Assembly: GCA_004524365.1 (NCBI GenBank)
Contig: SDNL01000003.1
Location: 1 to 39,263, forward strand
Direction: 5' to 3'
DNA from: Promethearchaeota archaeon
GTDB lineage: Archaea; Asgardarchaeota; Lokiarchaeia; Sigyniarchaeales; SOKP01
DNA: 39,263 bases
In this document: positions 8,952 through 18,197 of the stretch, in pieces
Layout of the letters: each line of letters starts with the position of its first letter
How positions within the stretch are numbered: the first letter of the stretch is position 1
Position numbers and translations under genes: made by a program
The notes under the pieces: generated by a model
What the model was told of the DNA's origin: nothing
Seen by the model: the letters and a program-made list of their open reading frames with translations, nothing else
Databases searched by the model: none

Positions 8952-9557
8952 TTATTTTTCTATCTTAAATCTTAACAATCTATCTTTATCCTCTTCAGCA
9001 TAATCAATTCCAATCCGTTTATAGGCCTTTATTTCTGATGGATTGGCGGGATTGCCTTCAGCAAAAAACAGCTTACTCTTTGGATCACACGCATCTTTTC
9101 CATTGAATTTTTCTTTAGTAATATCTAACGCCATACATAATTTACCAGGTCCATCCATTAGATTCTTGTAATTTTTTCCGATCTTAACACTCCTATTTTC
9201 TTTGATCAATTCAATTCCATCTATGGGATAGAGTTCCCGGATTAATACCGCACAAGGCTCTCCCTTAGGTTCAGTAATGACATTTAAACAATGATACATG
9301 CCATAAATAAGATACACATATATCGTTCCTGGGCGTTCATACATCGTTTTAGTTCTTTTTGTCTTTTTGTAATTATAAGTATGACATGCTTTATCATTTG
9401 GTCCTAAATAGGCTTCGGTTTCAATGATTTTCGTAATCATATCACCTTTTTTAGTTCTTCTAACCAGAGATCTCCCCAATAAATCTTTTGCTATACCTTC
9501 AGTCGTTCTCTTAAAAAAGTCTCTTGGAAGTCGTTTTAATTGATTTTCAGAAGTCAT
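8952..9557 (-). CDS. mpg: DNA-3-methyladenine glycosylase (MPG/AAG family)
   Basis: IIETEAYLG, YVYLIYGMYHCLNV, AVLIR, GPGKLC and RIGI motifs. Confidence 0.95.
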   Translation of the reverse strand: MTSENQLKRLPRDFFKRTTEGIAKDLLGRSLVRRTKKGDMITKIIETEAYLGPNDKACHTYNYKKTKRTKTMYERPGTIYVYLIYGMYHCLNVITEPKGEPCAVLIRELYPIDGIELIKENRSVKIGKNYKNLMDGPGKLCMALDITKEKFNGKDACDPKSKLFFAEGNPANPSEIKAYKRIGIDYAEEDKDRLLRFKIEK

Positions 9558-9619
9558 TTTAGAATTCTAATTAATTTATTAATTAAACAATTTACAGTAA
9601 GTACATTGAAGAATTATCT

Positions 9620-10255
9620 TTATCGATCCATTATAAAGTCGTCCTTGGTGTAGGTTTTTTTTTCATAATCTTGAAAACCTAAAGATTTAATAAAATCATA
9701 GGAAGCTTGATTATCTTCATAGACTTCACAGCGTAATTCTTCCACGTTTTTTTCTTTAAAATAATTCCAAGCTGATACACCTAACACCGTTCCTAGACCC
9801 TTTCTCTGAAAACGAGGGAGAACTCCGAGTCCAGCAATAATTCCAATTGTTCCTTCCTGTTCGAAATCTAAAATTATAAATCCTCCATCTTGACCATAAA
9901 CCCGTGCAATTAAGATTTCTGTCTCAGGATATTCAAAGATTTTTTCTAATGAATCTATTTCAATCGGTCTAAATGGCTCATTCGCGGTAAGCCATGCACG
10001 ATTATGAATTTGACACACAGAAGGTAAATCCTCTTCACTAGCTTCTCGTATTTTTGCATTTAAGAAGTTTTTCTTGACTTTTGCCTTAACTTTTTCTTCA
10101 AATTCAGGTGTAATATCCTCGACTGGGAGTCGCATTTGGACATAAGTTAAAGTCATTTCCTCCTCCTCTTCCAAAGTATCAGGCTCAACATCTAGGCGCG
10201 TAAAAAAGCTTCTAATCCGTTTTTTTTTTAGATCCATTCTCGATGATTCTGGCAT
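9620..10255 (-). CDS. GNAT family N-acetyltransferase (paralog 2)
   Basis: Motif A LGVLPRFQRKGLG; EVYEDNQASYDFIKSLGF. Confidence 0.9.
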   Translation of the reverse strand: MPESSRMDLKKKRIRSFFTRLDVEPDTLEEEEEMTLTYVQMRLPVEDITPEFEEKVKAKVKKNFLNAKIREASEEDLPSVCQIHNRAWLTANEPFRPIEIDSLEKIFEYPETEILIARVYGQDGGFIILDFEQEGTIGIIAGLGVLPRFQRKGLGTVLGVSAWNYFKEKNVEELRCEVYEDNQASYDFIKSLGFQDYEKKTYTKDDFIMDR

Positions 10256-10363
10256 AAGATCTCCTCACTCCTTAAAATGAATATTTAATAATAAAAAATT
10301 AGGTTTTAAAACCTTAAAGAAAGGAAAAATAGTAAAAATAATAAAATAAATTTTTAATGGTAA

Positions 10364-11026
10364 TTAAGGTTCAAAATCCTCCCTTCGATAAGTTTCAGTG
10401 CCATATTCTTCAAATCCAAGATTTTTAATGAAATTAAACGACACCGTATTATTTTTATAGACTTCACATCGTAGTTCCTTAATATTAGAAAAATGTTCTT
10501 TTAAATAGTTCCAAGCAGCCATACCCATTATCGTCCCTAAGCCTTTCCGTTGATATTTTGGAATAACGCCCAAGCCCGCTATAACAGCATATTCTTTATT
10601 TGGTCCTTCAAAGTCTAAAATAACGAAAGCCGCATCCTGACCATAAAGTTTTCCAATTAAAAAAACAGTATCAGGATCTTTAAAGATTGGATTGAGTGTA
10701 TCTATTTCTATCATTCGAAAAGGAGTTTTACTTGTCAACCAGCTTCTATTATAAATGGCTTTAACACTTTCCAAATCTTCCTCTTTTGCTTCTCGGATAT
10801 GAGCTTTTATAATATTGCCTTCGATTTTTTCTTTTAATTCATTCTCTTTTTGTTGGGTTATCTCATCTATAGGTAAACGCATCTGGACATATTCTAATCC
10901 TTCTCTTTCGATTTTTTCGATTTCCGTTTCTTTTATGACTTCACTTTTATCAGATTCAACAGTAAATGTATGAAAAAAAGCCCTAATTTTTTCTTTTTTA
11001 AAATCCAATCTTTCTTTAGGTTTCAT
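10364..11026 (-). CDS. GNAT family N-acetyltransferase (paralog 1)
   Basis: LGVIPKYQRKGLG and EVYKNNTVSFNFIKNLGF. Clearly homologous to 9620-10255 (shared YVQMRLP, AWNY and ELRCEVY). Confidence 0.9.
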   Translation of the reverse strand: MKPKERLDFKKEKIRAFFHTFTVESDKSEVIKETEIEKIEREGLEYVQMRLPIDEITQQKENELKEKIEGNIIKAHIREAKEEDLESVKAIYNRSWLTSKTPFRMIEIDTLNPIFKDPDTVFLIGKLYGQDAAFVILDFEGPNKEYAVIAGLGVIPKYQRKGLGTIMGMAAWNYLKEHFSNIKELRCEVYKNNTVSFNFIKNLGFEEYGTETYRREDFEP

Positions 11027-11058
11027 GAAGTTTATTAATCTTCTTTATTCATATATTT

Positions 11059-12705
11059 TTAGAGTATTTTACCTAAATTTTTGTTAACTCCTCTTTCCAC
11101 TTCAAAGATAAATCCTTGTTCTTCTAATAATCTGACTCCTTTCTCAATTCTTTCTCTGAATTTTGGATCCTTCAATAAATTATTATTTTCCGCAGTAAAT
11201 TCAAAATTAGATCGAAGGGGCATATCATTTTCAATTTTATCGTTTATGATTGCATCTAATTTTGAAAATAAATCAGACAAATCTTCATAAACTTTATCGG
11301 AATCCTTCAAAACATACCCAGGAAAAACTATCTCCATTTTTTCTTCCATCATATCTTCATCCTCTACAAACATTACATATAATGGCATATAAAACCATTG
11401 AATGGGTTTCTTAATAGTTGGAGCATCCTCGTCCTTAATTGACCAGCTTACTAATTCATCTACCTCATCCAGACAATCTCTTCGTTTTGATATAATAATT
11501 CTCTTGATTTCAGTAAAAAGAGCCTCCATTCTCGCTCTAAGATCTTCAAGTTTTTGAACATTTTCTTCTTTTTCTTTTTCCAATCTTGATATTTCATCAT
11601 CTTTGGATTCTAATTGTTCTGTTAATTCACTGCGTAATTGTTCTAGCTGTTCTTTAGCGTGAATATTAATATCTTCTGCTCGTTCTTTTTGAATTTCAAA
11701 TTTATTTTCAATTGTATCAACTTGAGTTAAAATTTCAGATATTTCGGTTCTTAAGGAATCAAATTGATTTTTAATTTTAGGAACAAGATCTCCAAACGAA
11801 CTTCTGGAAAGCGTTTCTGGATTGCTATAAAACTTATTTTTCTTAAGGATTTCTTCCATGTTTCTATTTAGAGTTTTGAAGAGAGATGCTACATTTTCAG
11901 TGACTTTTTTCTTCTCAGTGCGTTTCCATAAATTAATATTATCTTGCTTATTTTCTAATTGATTTTCTACTTCCTCATCACTTATACTATTAGAAGCTCT
12001 TTCTATCTCTGAATTATATCTCCTTTCTACATCCATAATGCGTACTTTTATATCCTTTAATAAAGATTCTAATTCATCTCCAATTAATTCAATTTGTTCT
12101 TTCCAGCGATTGGCATTCCCCTTTAATTGTTGGATAGTATTTCTATATTCCTCTGAAATGTCTAAGGCTTCTTCAGTACTTAAACTCGCATCCAACGGAA
12201 TGAACCCCTCTAATGATTTATATTGTAAGTTTGGTAACAATTTCTTTATTGAATTAATGAATTCAGGGCTCGTAAGTGAAGGTAATTCAAAAGCTTGATA
12301 TTCAGAGACCGATCCTTCACCTATCTCTTCTGCTTCACTATCTTGGTATGTAAGTATATTTTTAATTCTATTTAATAACTCAATCTCGTTTCGTTCATCT
12401 ATATTTCTCAACACATGGCCCAATAGAGGTTTACGAGGAGGATTGGTAAATTTTGATTTTTTAGAAAATACTTTTAATCCGTCTAAAATAATATGAGTTG
12501 AATAGGGTTTTGTAATCCCTTGGATTGCTAAAAAAGGCCAAAGTAGCTTGGCAAAAGAAAGTACATTATGATTTCCATTTAAATGCAAATCCCGTGTTAA
12601 TAAATGGAATGCAACAGCCAATTCATCATCTTTTTTTAAAAATGGTCGCCCACTTGACTCCTTTAAAAAAAGCGGCAAAATATATTGATCACCATGAACG
12701 CTCAT
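11059..12705 (-). CDS. Uncharacterized protein with long central coiled coil
   Basis: 548 aa ORF with an E/K/L/Q-rich heptad-like region at roughly residues 180-420, flanked by globular termini. No Walker motifs. Confidence 0.8.
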   Translation of the reverse strand: MSVHGDQYILPLFLKESSGRPFLKKDDELAVAFHLLTRDLHLNGNHNVLSFAKLLWPFLAIQGITKPYSTHIILDGLKVFSKKSKFTNPPRKPLLGHVLRNIDERNEIELLNRIKNILTYQDSEAEEIGEGSVSEYQAFELPSLTSPEFINSIKKLLPNLQYKSLEGFIPLDASLSTEEALDISEEYRNTIQQLKGNANRWKEQIELIGDELESLLKDIKVRIMDVERRYNSEIERASNSISDEEVENQLENKQDNINLWKRTEKKKVTENVASLFKTLNRNMEEILKKNKFYSNPETLSRSSFGDLVPKIKNQFDSLRTEISEILTQVDTIENKFEIQKERAEDINIHAKEQLEQLRSELTEQLESKDDEISRLEKEKEENVQKLEDLRARMEALFTEIKRIIISKRRDCLDEVDELVSWSIKDEDAPTIKKPIQWFYMPLYVMFVEDEDMMEEKMEIVFPGYVLKDSDKVYEDLSDLFSKLDAIINDKIENDMPLRSNFEFTAENNNLLKDPKFRERIEKGVRLLEEQGFIFEVERGVNKNLGKIL

Positions 12706-12813
12706 AGCTTCATATACCTCATCAATTTTTTATACATTTTATTTACCCTATTAATTAAAAAAAATTATTTTAAATTTTTTGGTTTCCAAATTTCTTATTC
12801 TTTTGAATTTGCC

Positions 12814-13623
12814 CTATTTTAAAGCTTCAAAACTATTCGCGATAACAATAATTAGCAAAGATAATAAAATTACCAAGGGAGGCAATATTGCCTGGGTATG
12901 AGGGGCATCTGCCACCTTTAAAAGACTATAAAGAATTCTCCCGAAATAATAGATGAGAAAACCTATCCCATTTAATGCATATGATTTTCTTATTACCCCA
13001 AATGTTTTTTTAGCTAAATAGAAAAACATTATAGGAACAAGAATATTAAATAATGGTTGGAAAATGAAATTAACTATTAATCGCCCCACAGGATAATTAA
13101 ACACTACCATAGGATATACGGGAGAATCAATTCCAAATTCATTTAAGTATGTGATGTCAACCAGAAGAGCATCTGGAAACACTAACGCTAATATACCCAC
13201 AATTATAGGCGATATTATTAGAATAACTCTAAATACAAATTGAAGATTGAATTCTATATTAAATTTTCCCCCCTCTTTCACATCAGGAGGAAATAATAAA
13301 ATTCCGAGCATCCCCATCAAACACGATATTCCAATCCATGTGAAGAATACTGCAAGTCGGTAGGAAATCATTGTTAAGCCAAAATTTAGGGTTTCTGGGG
13401 CATAGAAATAATAAATAATGAAAAATACACGTGATAGAGATAATGCAATAAATAACATTGAAAAAAAGAACCAATATGACTTTTTTGATAACCGAAATCT
13501 CATTATCAAGAAATATGCGAATATTAAGAAATAATATCCTACAACTACCATATACAATCCAAGTTCTAAACTATCCCAAAAATTAAAAAAATTGAAATCT
13601 TGTATAAACATTTGTACTCCCAA
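12814..13623 (-). CDS. Uncharacterized integral membrane protein with about 7 TM helices
   Basis: Seven hydrophobic segments counted by eye in 269 aa; no soluble output domain. Confidence 0.78.
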   Translation of the reverse strand: MGVQMFIQDFNFFNFWDSLELGLYMVVVGYYFLIFAYFLIMRFRLSKKSYWFFFSMLFIALSLSRVFFIIYYFYAPETLNFGLTMISYRLAVFFTWIGISCLMGMLGILLFPPDVKEGGKFNIEFNLQFVFRVILIISPIIVGILALVFPDALLVDITYLNEFGIDSPVYPMVVFNYPVGRLIVNFIFQPLFNILVPIMFFYLAKKTFGVIRKSYALNGIGFLIYYFGRILYSLLKVADAPHTQAILPPLVILLSLLIIVIANSFEALK

Positions 13624-13865
13624 TTTTAGGTAATAATATAATATAATATAAATATAATAGCTTATATTTATTATTTTATATTTTCTATATGATTAATATT
13701 TTTTCTTATTTTTCAAACTTTTTATTATACTATTAGTAATAGAGATATCATTGGGAGTATTCAAAATTTGAGTGTTAAAAAAGCTCTTTTTAGTTAAAAA
13801 GAGAACTCGCAAACAAATTTTTTAGAAATTAAACATTAACTATCCAAAAAACTATTTGAATACGT

Positions 13866-15368
13866 ATGAAGATCAAAGATAATATCGATACTTTTAACAG
13901 TCTAGTCAAGCGTCGTGGATTCATTTGGGGACCATCTCCAGAGATTTATGGAGGATTAGCGGGATTTTATTCCTATGGTCCGGCGGGAATGTCTCTTAAG
14001 AACAATATTTTATCTCTTTTCCGAAGGGAGTTAAACATCTTAGGGTTTGGAGAAGTAGAATGTCCAACTGTGATGCCTGAAATTGTTTGGGATGCATCTG
14101 GACATTTAGAACGATTTATTGATCCCATTTTAAAATGTAATAAATGTGATTCCGTTTACCGAGCTGATAAGTTTCTCAAGAATCAGCTTCCAGAAAAGAT
14201 GATAGATGGACTTTCATTTGAAGAGATGGAAACATTAATTTCAGATAATAATCTTGTATGTCCCAGTTGTGGGAATTCATTTGAAAAAATAGAAGAATAT
14301 AATCTAATGTTAAAAACTCAAGTAGGAACAGATACTATTGCGTACCTACGCCCTGAAACCGCAACAACAACTTATCTTTTATTCAATCGGTTAGATCAAG
14401 TAATGAGAAGACAATACCCATTAAAAGTATTTCAATACGGAAAGGCTTATAGGAATGAGATTTCTCCCCGTCAAGGGGTACTTAGAATGAGATCATTTGA
14501 CCAATTTGAATTGCAGTTATTTATTAGTAAAGAACAAGAATATAATTTTGAGGAATTTGAAGAAGTGAAAGAGATGAAATTACCCCTATTAGATTGGAAA
14601 ATGCAAGATGAAAACATTAGTGAACCCAAGATGAGAAGCTTAAATGATGCGATTAATAATGGTATATTGAAAAAGCCAGCCTATGCTTATTGTTTATTTA
14701 TAGCCCATCATTTGACCAAAAAATTGGGATATTCCAATGAAGTAATGAGATATCGACAACATAGTCCAAACGAACGGGCGCATTATGCAGATGATGCATG
14801 GGATTTAGAGATCCAGACCCAACAATTTGGCTGGGTAGAAATCTGCGGTATTCACGATAGAACCGATTATGATCTGAGAAGACATGGAGATTTCTCTAAG
14901 AATGATTTTGCTGTGAGTATGGGAGATGATCAACAAGAACAAGAGATCCCCCAGATTCTAGAAGTTGCCTACGGAATTGATCGTATCATTTATACTCTCC
15001 TTGAAACCAGTTTTTCAGTTAAGAAAAAACGAATTAATTTGAAGTTAGAGAATTATTTGGCCCCCAATTTAGTTTCAGTATTCCCATTAGTGAGTAATAA
15101 AAAAGAGATTGTTGATTTGGCAAAAGAAGTACACCATAGCCTTCAAGATAATTTAATTAATTCCTTTTACGACGGATCTGGTTCAATAGGTAAGCGATAT
15201 AGAAGGCAGGATGAGCTGGGAACACCTTATTGTATTACTATTGATTATGATTCATTGGATGATAACGCCGCTACCATTAGAGATCGGGATTCAATGGACC
15301 AAATCCGTGTTAAAATAGAGAAGATTCCTGATGTAATTAAAAAGCGATTAAATGAATCCAAAATATAG
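13866..15368 (+). CDS. glyS: Glycine--tRNA ligase (alpha2, archaeal/eukaryotic type)
   Basis: KRRGF, EIYGG, YLRPETA, YRNEISPR, RAHYA, GSIGKRYRRQDELGTPYCITID. Confidence 0.97.
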   Translation: MKIKDNIDTFNSLVKRRGFIWGPSPEIYGGLAGFYSYGPAGMSLKNNILSLFRRELNILGFGEVECPTVMPEIVWDASGHLERFIDPILKCNKCDSVYRADKFLKNQLPEKMIDGLSFEEMETLISDNNLVCPSCGNSFEKIEEYNLMLKTQVGTDTIAYLRPETATTTYLLFNRLDQVMRRQYPLKVFQYGKAYRNEISPRQGVLRMRSFDQFELQLFISKEQEYNFEEFEEVKEMKLPLLDWKMQDENISEPKMRSLNDAINNGILKKPAYAYCLFIAHHLTKKLGYSNEVMRYRQHSPNERAHYADDAWDLEIQTQQFGWVEICGIHDRTDYDLRRHGDFSKNDFAVSMGDDQQEQEIPQILEVAYGIDRIIYTLLETSFSVKKKRINLKLENYLAPNLVSVFPLVSNKKEIVDLAKEVHHSLQDNLINSFYDGSGSIGKRYRRQDELGTPYCITIDYDSLDDNAATIRDRDSMDQIRVKIEKIPDVIKKRLNESKI

Positions 15369-15497
15369 CAATTTATATTATATTAAATTTCTTAATAATT
15401 GCATTTATTCGTTTCATAATTAATTAAGGAGATTAGTACAAAATTTTTTTTAACTTCCAATATTTTTCATTCTAATATTTTCAGATGAATCATACCG

Positions 15498-18197
15498 ATG
15501 AATAAACGAAACTTTAAATTTTCGATAAAAAAGAAGAAGAGCCCAAAAAAGAAGGTAATTGTGTTATGTATAGGGTTGCTATTTATAAATCTCGTAGTAA
15601 TTGGAGGATTATTAATTCATAATCCATATTTAAATGGCATTGGTTTAGTTCAAGAAGATAAAAATGCTCCATATTTTATAGATAAAATAAATACGCAAGG
15701 AGCTGATATTTCTCTATTACAAGATCCCTACACAGCTAATTTTAACGATACTTGGCAATTTTTTGAAAGCAATTATCAATCCGATTTAGGATATGAAATT
15801 CAAACTTATTTTAGGGAAGGAAGTGCGGATGGAACTATTATTAATAGTCTAGTTTATTCTTTAGATAATCTATTGCTATATAATACATTACTCAAATCAA
15901 TAAATGATTATGATTACTCACAGATTTTAGAAAAATATTTAGATCTAAAAAATACTGATTTATGGTATGAAGGATCGGATCAATTAGATTATGGATTTGT
16001 TGAATCAATAGATAATATTACAGGAGATGTAAATAATTATAACAGATATTTAATAGACAATTTATATCCCATCTTTCTATTGGGAGATAATATCAAAAGT
16101 TCTACCGGACAATCATATGTAGATGAATTAGAAGATATATTTTTGCTTATAAATTCAAGTAGGTTTTATGATACCAGTTCAAATATTTTCTATCATTATA
16201 ACTCTTCAACGGGAGATATCTATACAAGAGATAACTTATATGCCATATTAGGAAATTTACTTCTTAATCAAACAGATAGATTAGATAATGAGATACAAAT
16301 AAGAGCAGGAGAATTGGCGAATGAGACAATGGAAACGTTATCTAATACCTATTGGGACGCAACTAATTTAGGATATTATTATAGTGATTCAAATAATAGC
16401 AAAAATTTGGAAACAAATGCTTTAGGAATTATTACCTTAATTGAGTATTGGAAATGGACTAATAATTCCGAATATTTAAATAATGCTATCTCACTTTTCA
16501 ACAAGATAAATTCTACATTATGGTACGAATTTGCAGGAAATGGAGCATATTTGAATTGGTCAACACAGAATTGGGGGAGTAATATTACTGATATAGCTGA
16601 TTTAAAAGCTAATGCAATTATGCTACAAGCATGTGTATCATTATTTGAAGTATCAGGAAATATAACATATTATGATTTGGTAAAAGAATTATATAATACA
16701 TTTGAAAATGAATTTTATGATAATAGCTATAATTCATATGCAAAATCTAAAAGCATTAGCACCGGAATTAATAATAATAAAAATCTGCTTTATAATTTAA
16801 GAATATCTGAAGCTTATTTATCTGCTTTAGAAGTGTATGAAAATTCAAGTTTATCATCCATATTCAATAAAAGTACTCCAGTTCCCGAATTTATCTTTAA
16901 TCAAGAAACTTTAAAACTTACTACAAACTACACATATAATTCAATTTATTCCTCATATGGAATCTCTGATGCATCACTAACCTATACACTTCGATATCCT
17001 AATGGTACAATAATAGATACTCAAGAATTTGCTACAGATGAAAATGGGACACATACATTTACTTATTACATTTCAAGTGATTTACCAGTAGGAGAAGATT
17101 ATTCAATTACGATATTTGCTAATGCAAGTTTCCATAAATTCGTAAATATTACTAAATTTTTTGATATTATCGGAGGAATTAAATATGAATCAGGGTTAGA
17201 AGATGAAACTGAATATTATCAAGGGACTACACAAAATATAACATTTATACTTAATAACACAAGAAATAATGATATAAATTTGACTTATTCAATAAAAGCG
17301 GATTCAATATTGATTCAGAACCCAAAATTAGTATTCTTGAATACATCTGGTTTAAACAACATTACAGCGAATTTCACTATTAAAAATGAAGCCGCTCCAG
17401 GTAATTATTCCTTCCATTTCTTATTAAAAAATGGAAGTATTACGTTTTTAGATTATGTGAAGGTCATTGAAATAAAAAATGCACTAGAAATCACTAATTT
17501 AATTTATGACAGTGAAGTGGTAAAGGGTGATATAGCTCAGATTAATTTAACAGCAACAAATTTTCTACAAAATGAAAGCCAATCATTTAATTTGAGCATT
17601 TCTGGAGATTATATTGATAATATCCAAAACCAAGAATACCAATTATCTCCATATGAAATAAAAATAATTTCCCATATATGCAATATTAGTAATAATATAG
17701 ACTCAGATACGATTCAAGTTGAGATAGATGTCTCCAAAGGGAATGAATCATATTACACAAAATCTTTAACTTTACAAGTAGTCGATAAATTGGAAATTAT
17801 TGATTGTAGCTTCTCTCAAAGTGTAGCACAAGCTACTTCTGCTTATTTAATATTAGTTGTAAAAAACAATATGGAAACTAGTCAAGAATATACATTATAT
17901 ATTAATAATTTGAAAATAACTGGTTCCTTAAACCCTGGAGAGAACAGAATTGTTAAATCAGTAGTACCAACCATAAATCCTTATGATTTTAGCACAAAAA
18001 CATATTCTATAAGATTATATGATCAACAGAATAATGAAATTTACAGAAACTCATTTAAAGTTAATATTGAACTATCTGTTATGCTTCTAGTGTTATGCTA
18101 TATCTTGCCCATTATGGTTCCTATAGCAATTGTAATATATTTTAAAAATAAACAAGTTAAAATAGACCGTTTAAGAAAAAGTGGAAATAAAAGATGA
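15498..18197 (+). CDS. Large membrane-anchored surface glycoprotein; putative alpha/alpha-toroid (six-hairpin glycosidase-like) domain plus Ig-like beta domains
   Basis: Basic N-terminus plus TM/signal; helical repeats such as YWDATNLGYY, EYLNNAISLFNKI and NEFYDNSYNSY; beta-rich N/T/S-rich C-half; C-terminal TM with a basic tail; many NxS/T sequons. Confidence 0.7.
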   Translation: MNKRNFKFSIKKKKSPKKKVIVLCIGLLFINLVVIGGLLIHNPYLNGIGLVQEDKNAPYFIDKINTQGADISLLQDPYTANFNDTWQFFESNYQSDLGYEIQTYFREGSADGTIINSLVYSLDNLLLYNTLLKSINDYDYSQILEKYLDLKNTDLWYEGSDQLDYGFVESIDNITGDVNNYNRYLIDNLYPIFLLGDNIKSSTGQSYVDELEDIFLLINSSRFYDTSSNIFYHYNSSTGDIYTRDNLYAILGNLLLNQTDRLDNEIQIRAGELANETMETLSNTYWDATNLGYYYSDSNNSKNLETNALGIITLIEYWKWTNNSEYLNNAISLFNKINSTLWYEFAGNGAYLNWSTQNWGSNITDIADLKANAIMLQACVSLFEVSGNITYYDLVKELYNTFENEFYDNSYNSYAKSKSISTGINNNKNLLYNLRISEAYLSALEVYENSSLSSIFNKSTPVPEFIFNQETLKLTTNYTYNSIYSSYGISDASLTYTLRYPNGTIIDTQEFATDENGTHTFTYYISSDLPVGEDYSITIFANASFHKFVNITKFFDIIGGIKYESGLEDETEYYQGTTQNITFILNNTRNNDINLTYSIKADSILIQNPKLVFLNTSGLNNITANFTIKNEAAPGNYSFHFLLKNGSITFLDYVKVIEIKNALEITNLIYDSEVVKGDIAQINLTATNFLQNESQSFNLSISGDYIDNIQNQEYQLSPYEIKIISHICNISNNIDSDTIQVEIDVSKGNESYYTKSLTLQVVDKLEIIDCSFSQSVAQATSAYLILVVKNNMETSQEYTLYINNLKITGSLNPGENRIVKSVVPTINPYDFSTKTYSIRLYDQQNNEIYRNSFKVNIELSVMLLVLCYILPIMVPIAIVIYFKNKQVKIDRLRKSGNKR

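Noticed and set aside
11059-12705. SMC/Rad50 assignment
   Set aside because: No Walker A/B, ABC signature, hinge or CxxC hook is visible.
12814-13623. 7TM protein as an APH-1 or rhodopsin homolog
   Set aside because: Only the helix count matches. There is no retinal-binding Lys, no recognisable APH-1 motif, and it lies more than 20 kb from the presenilin.
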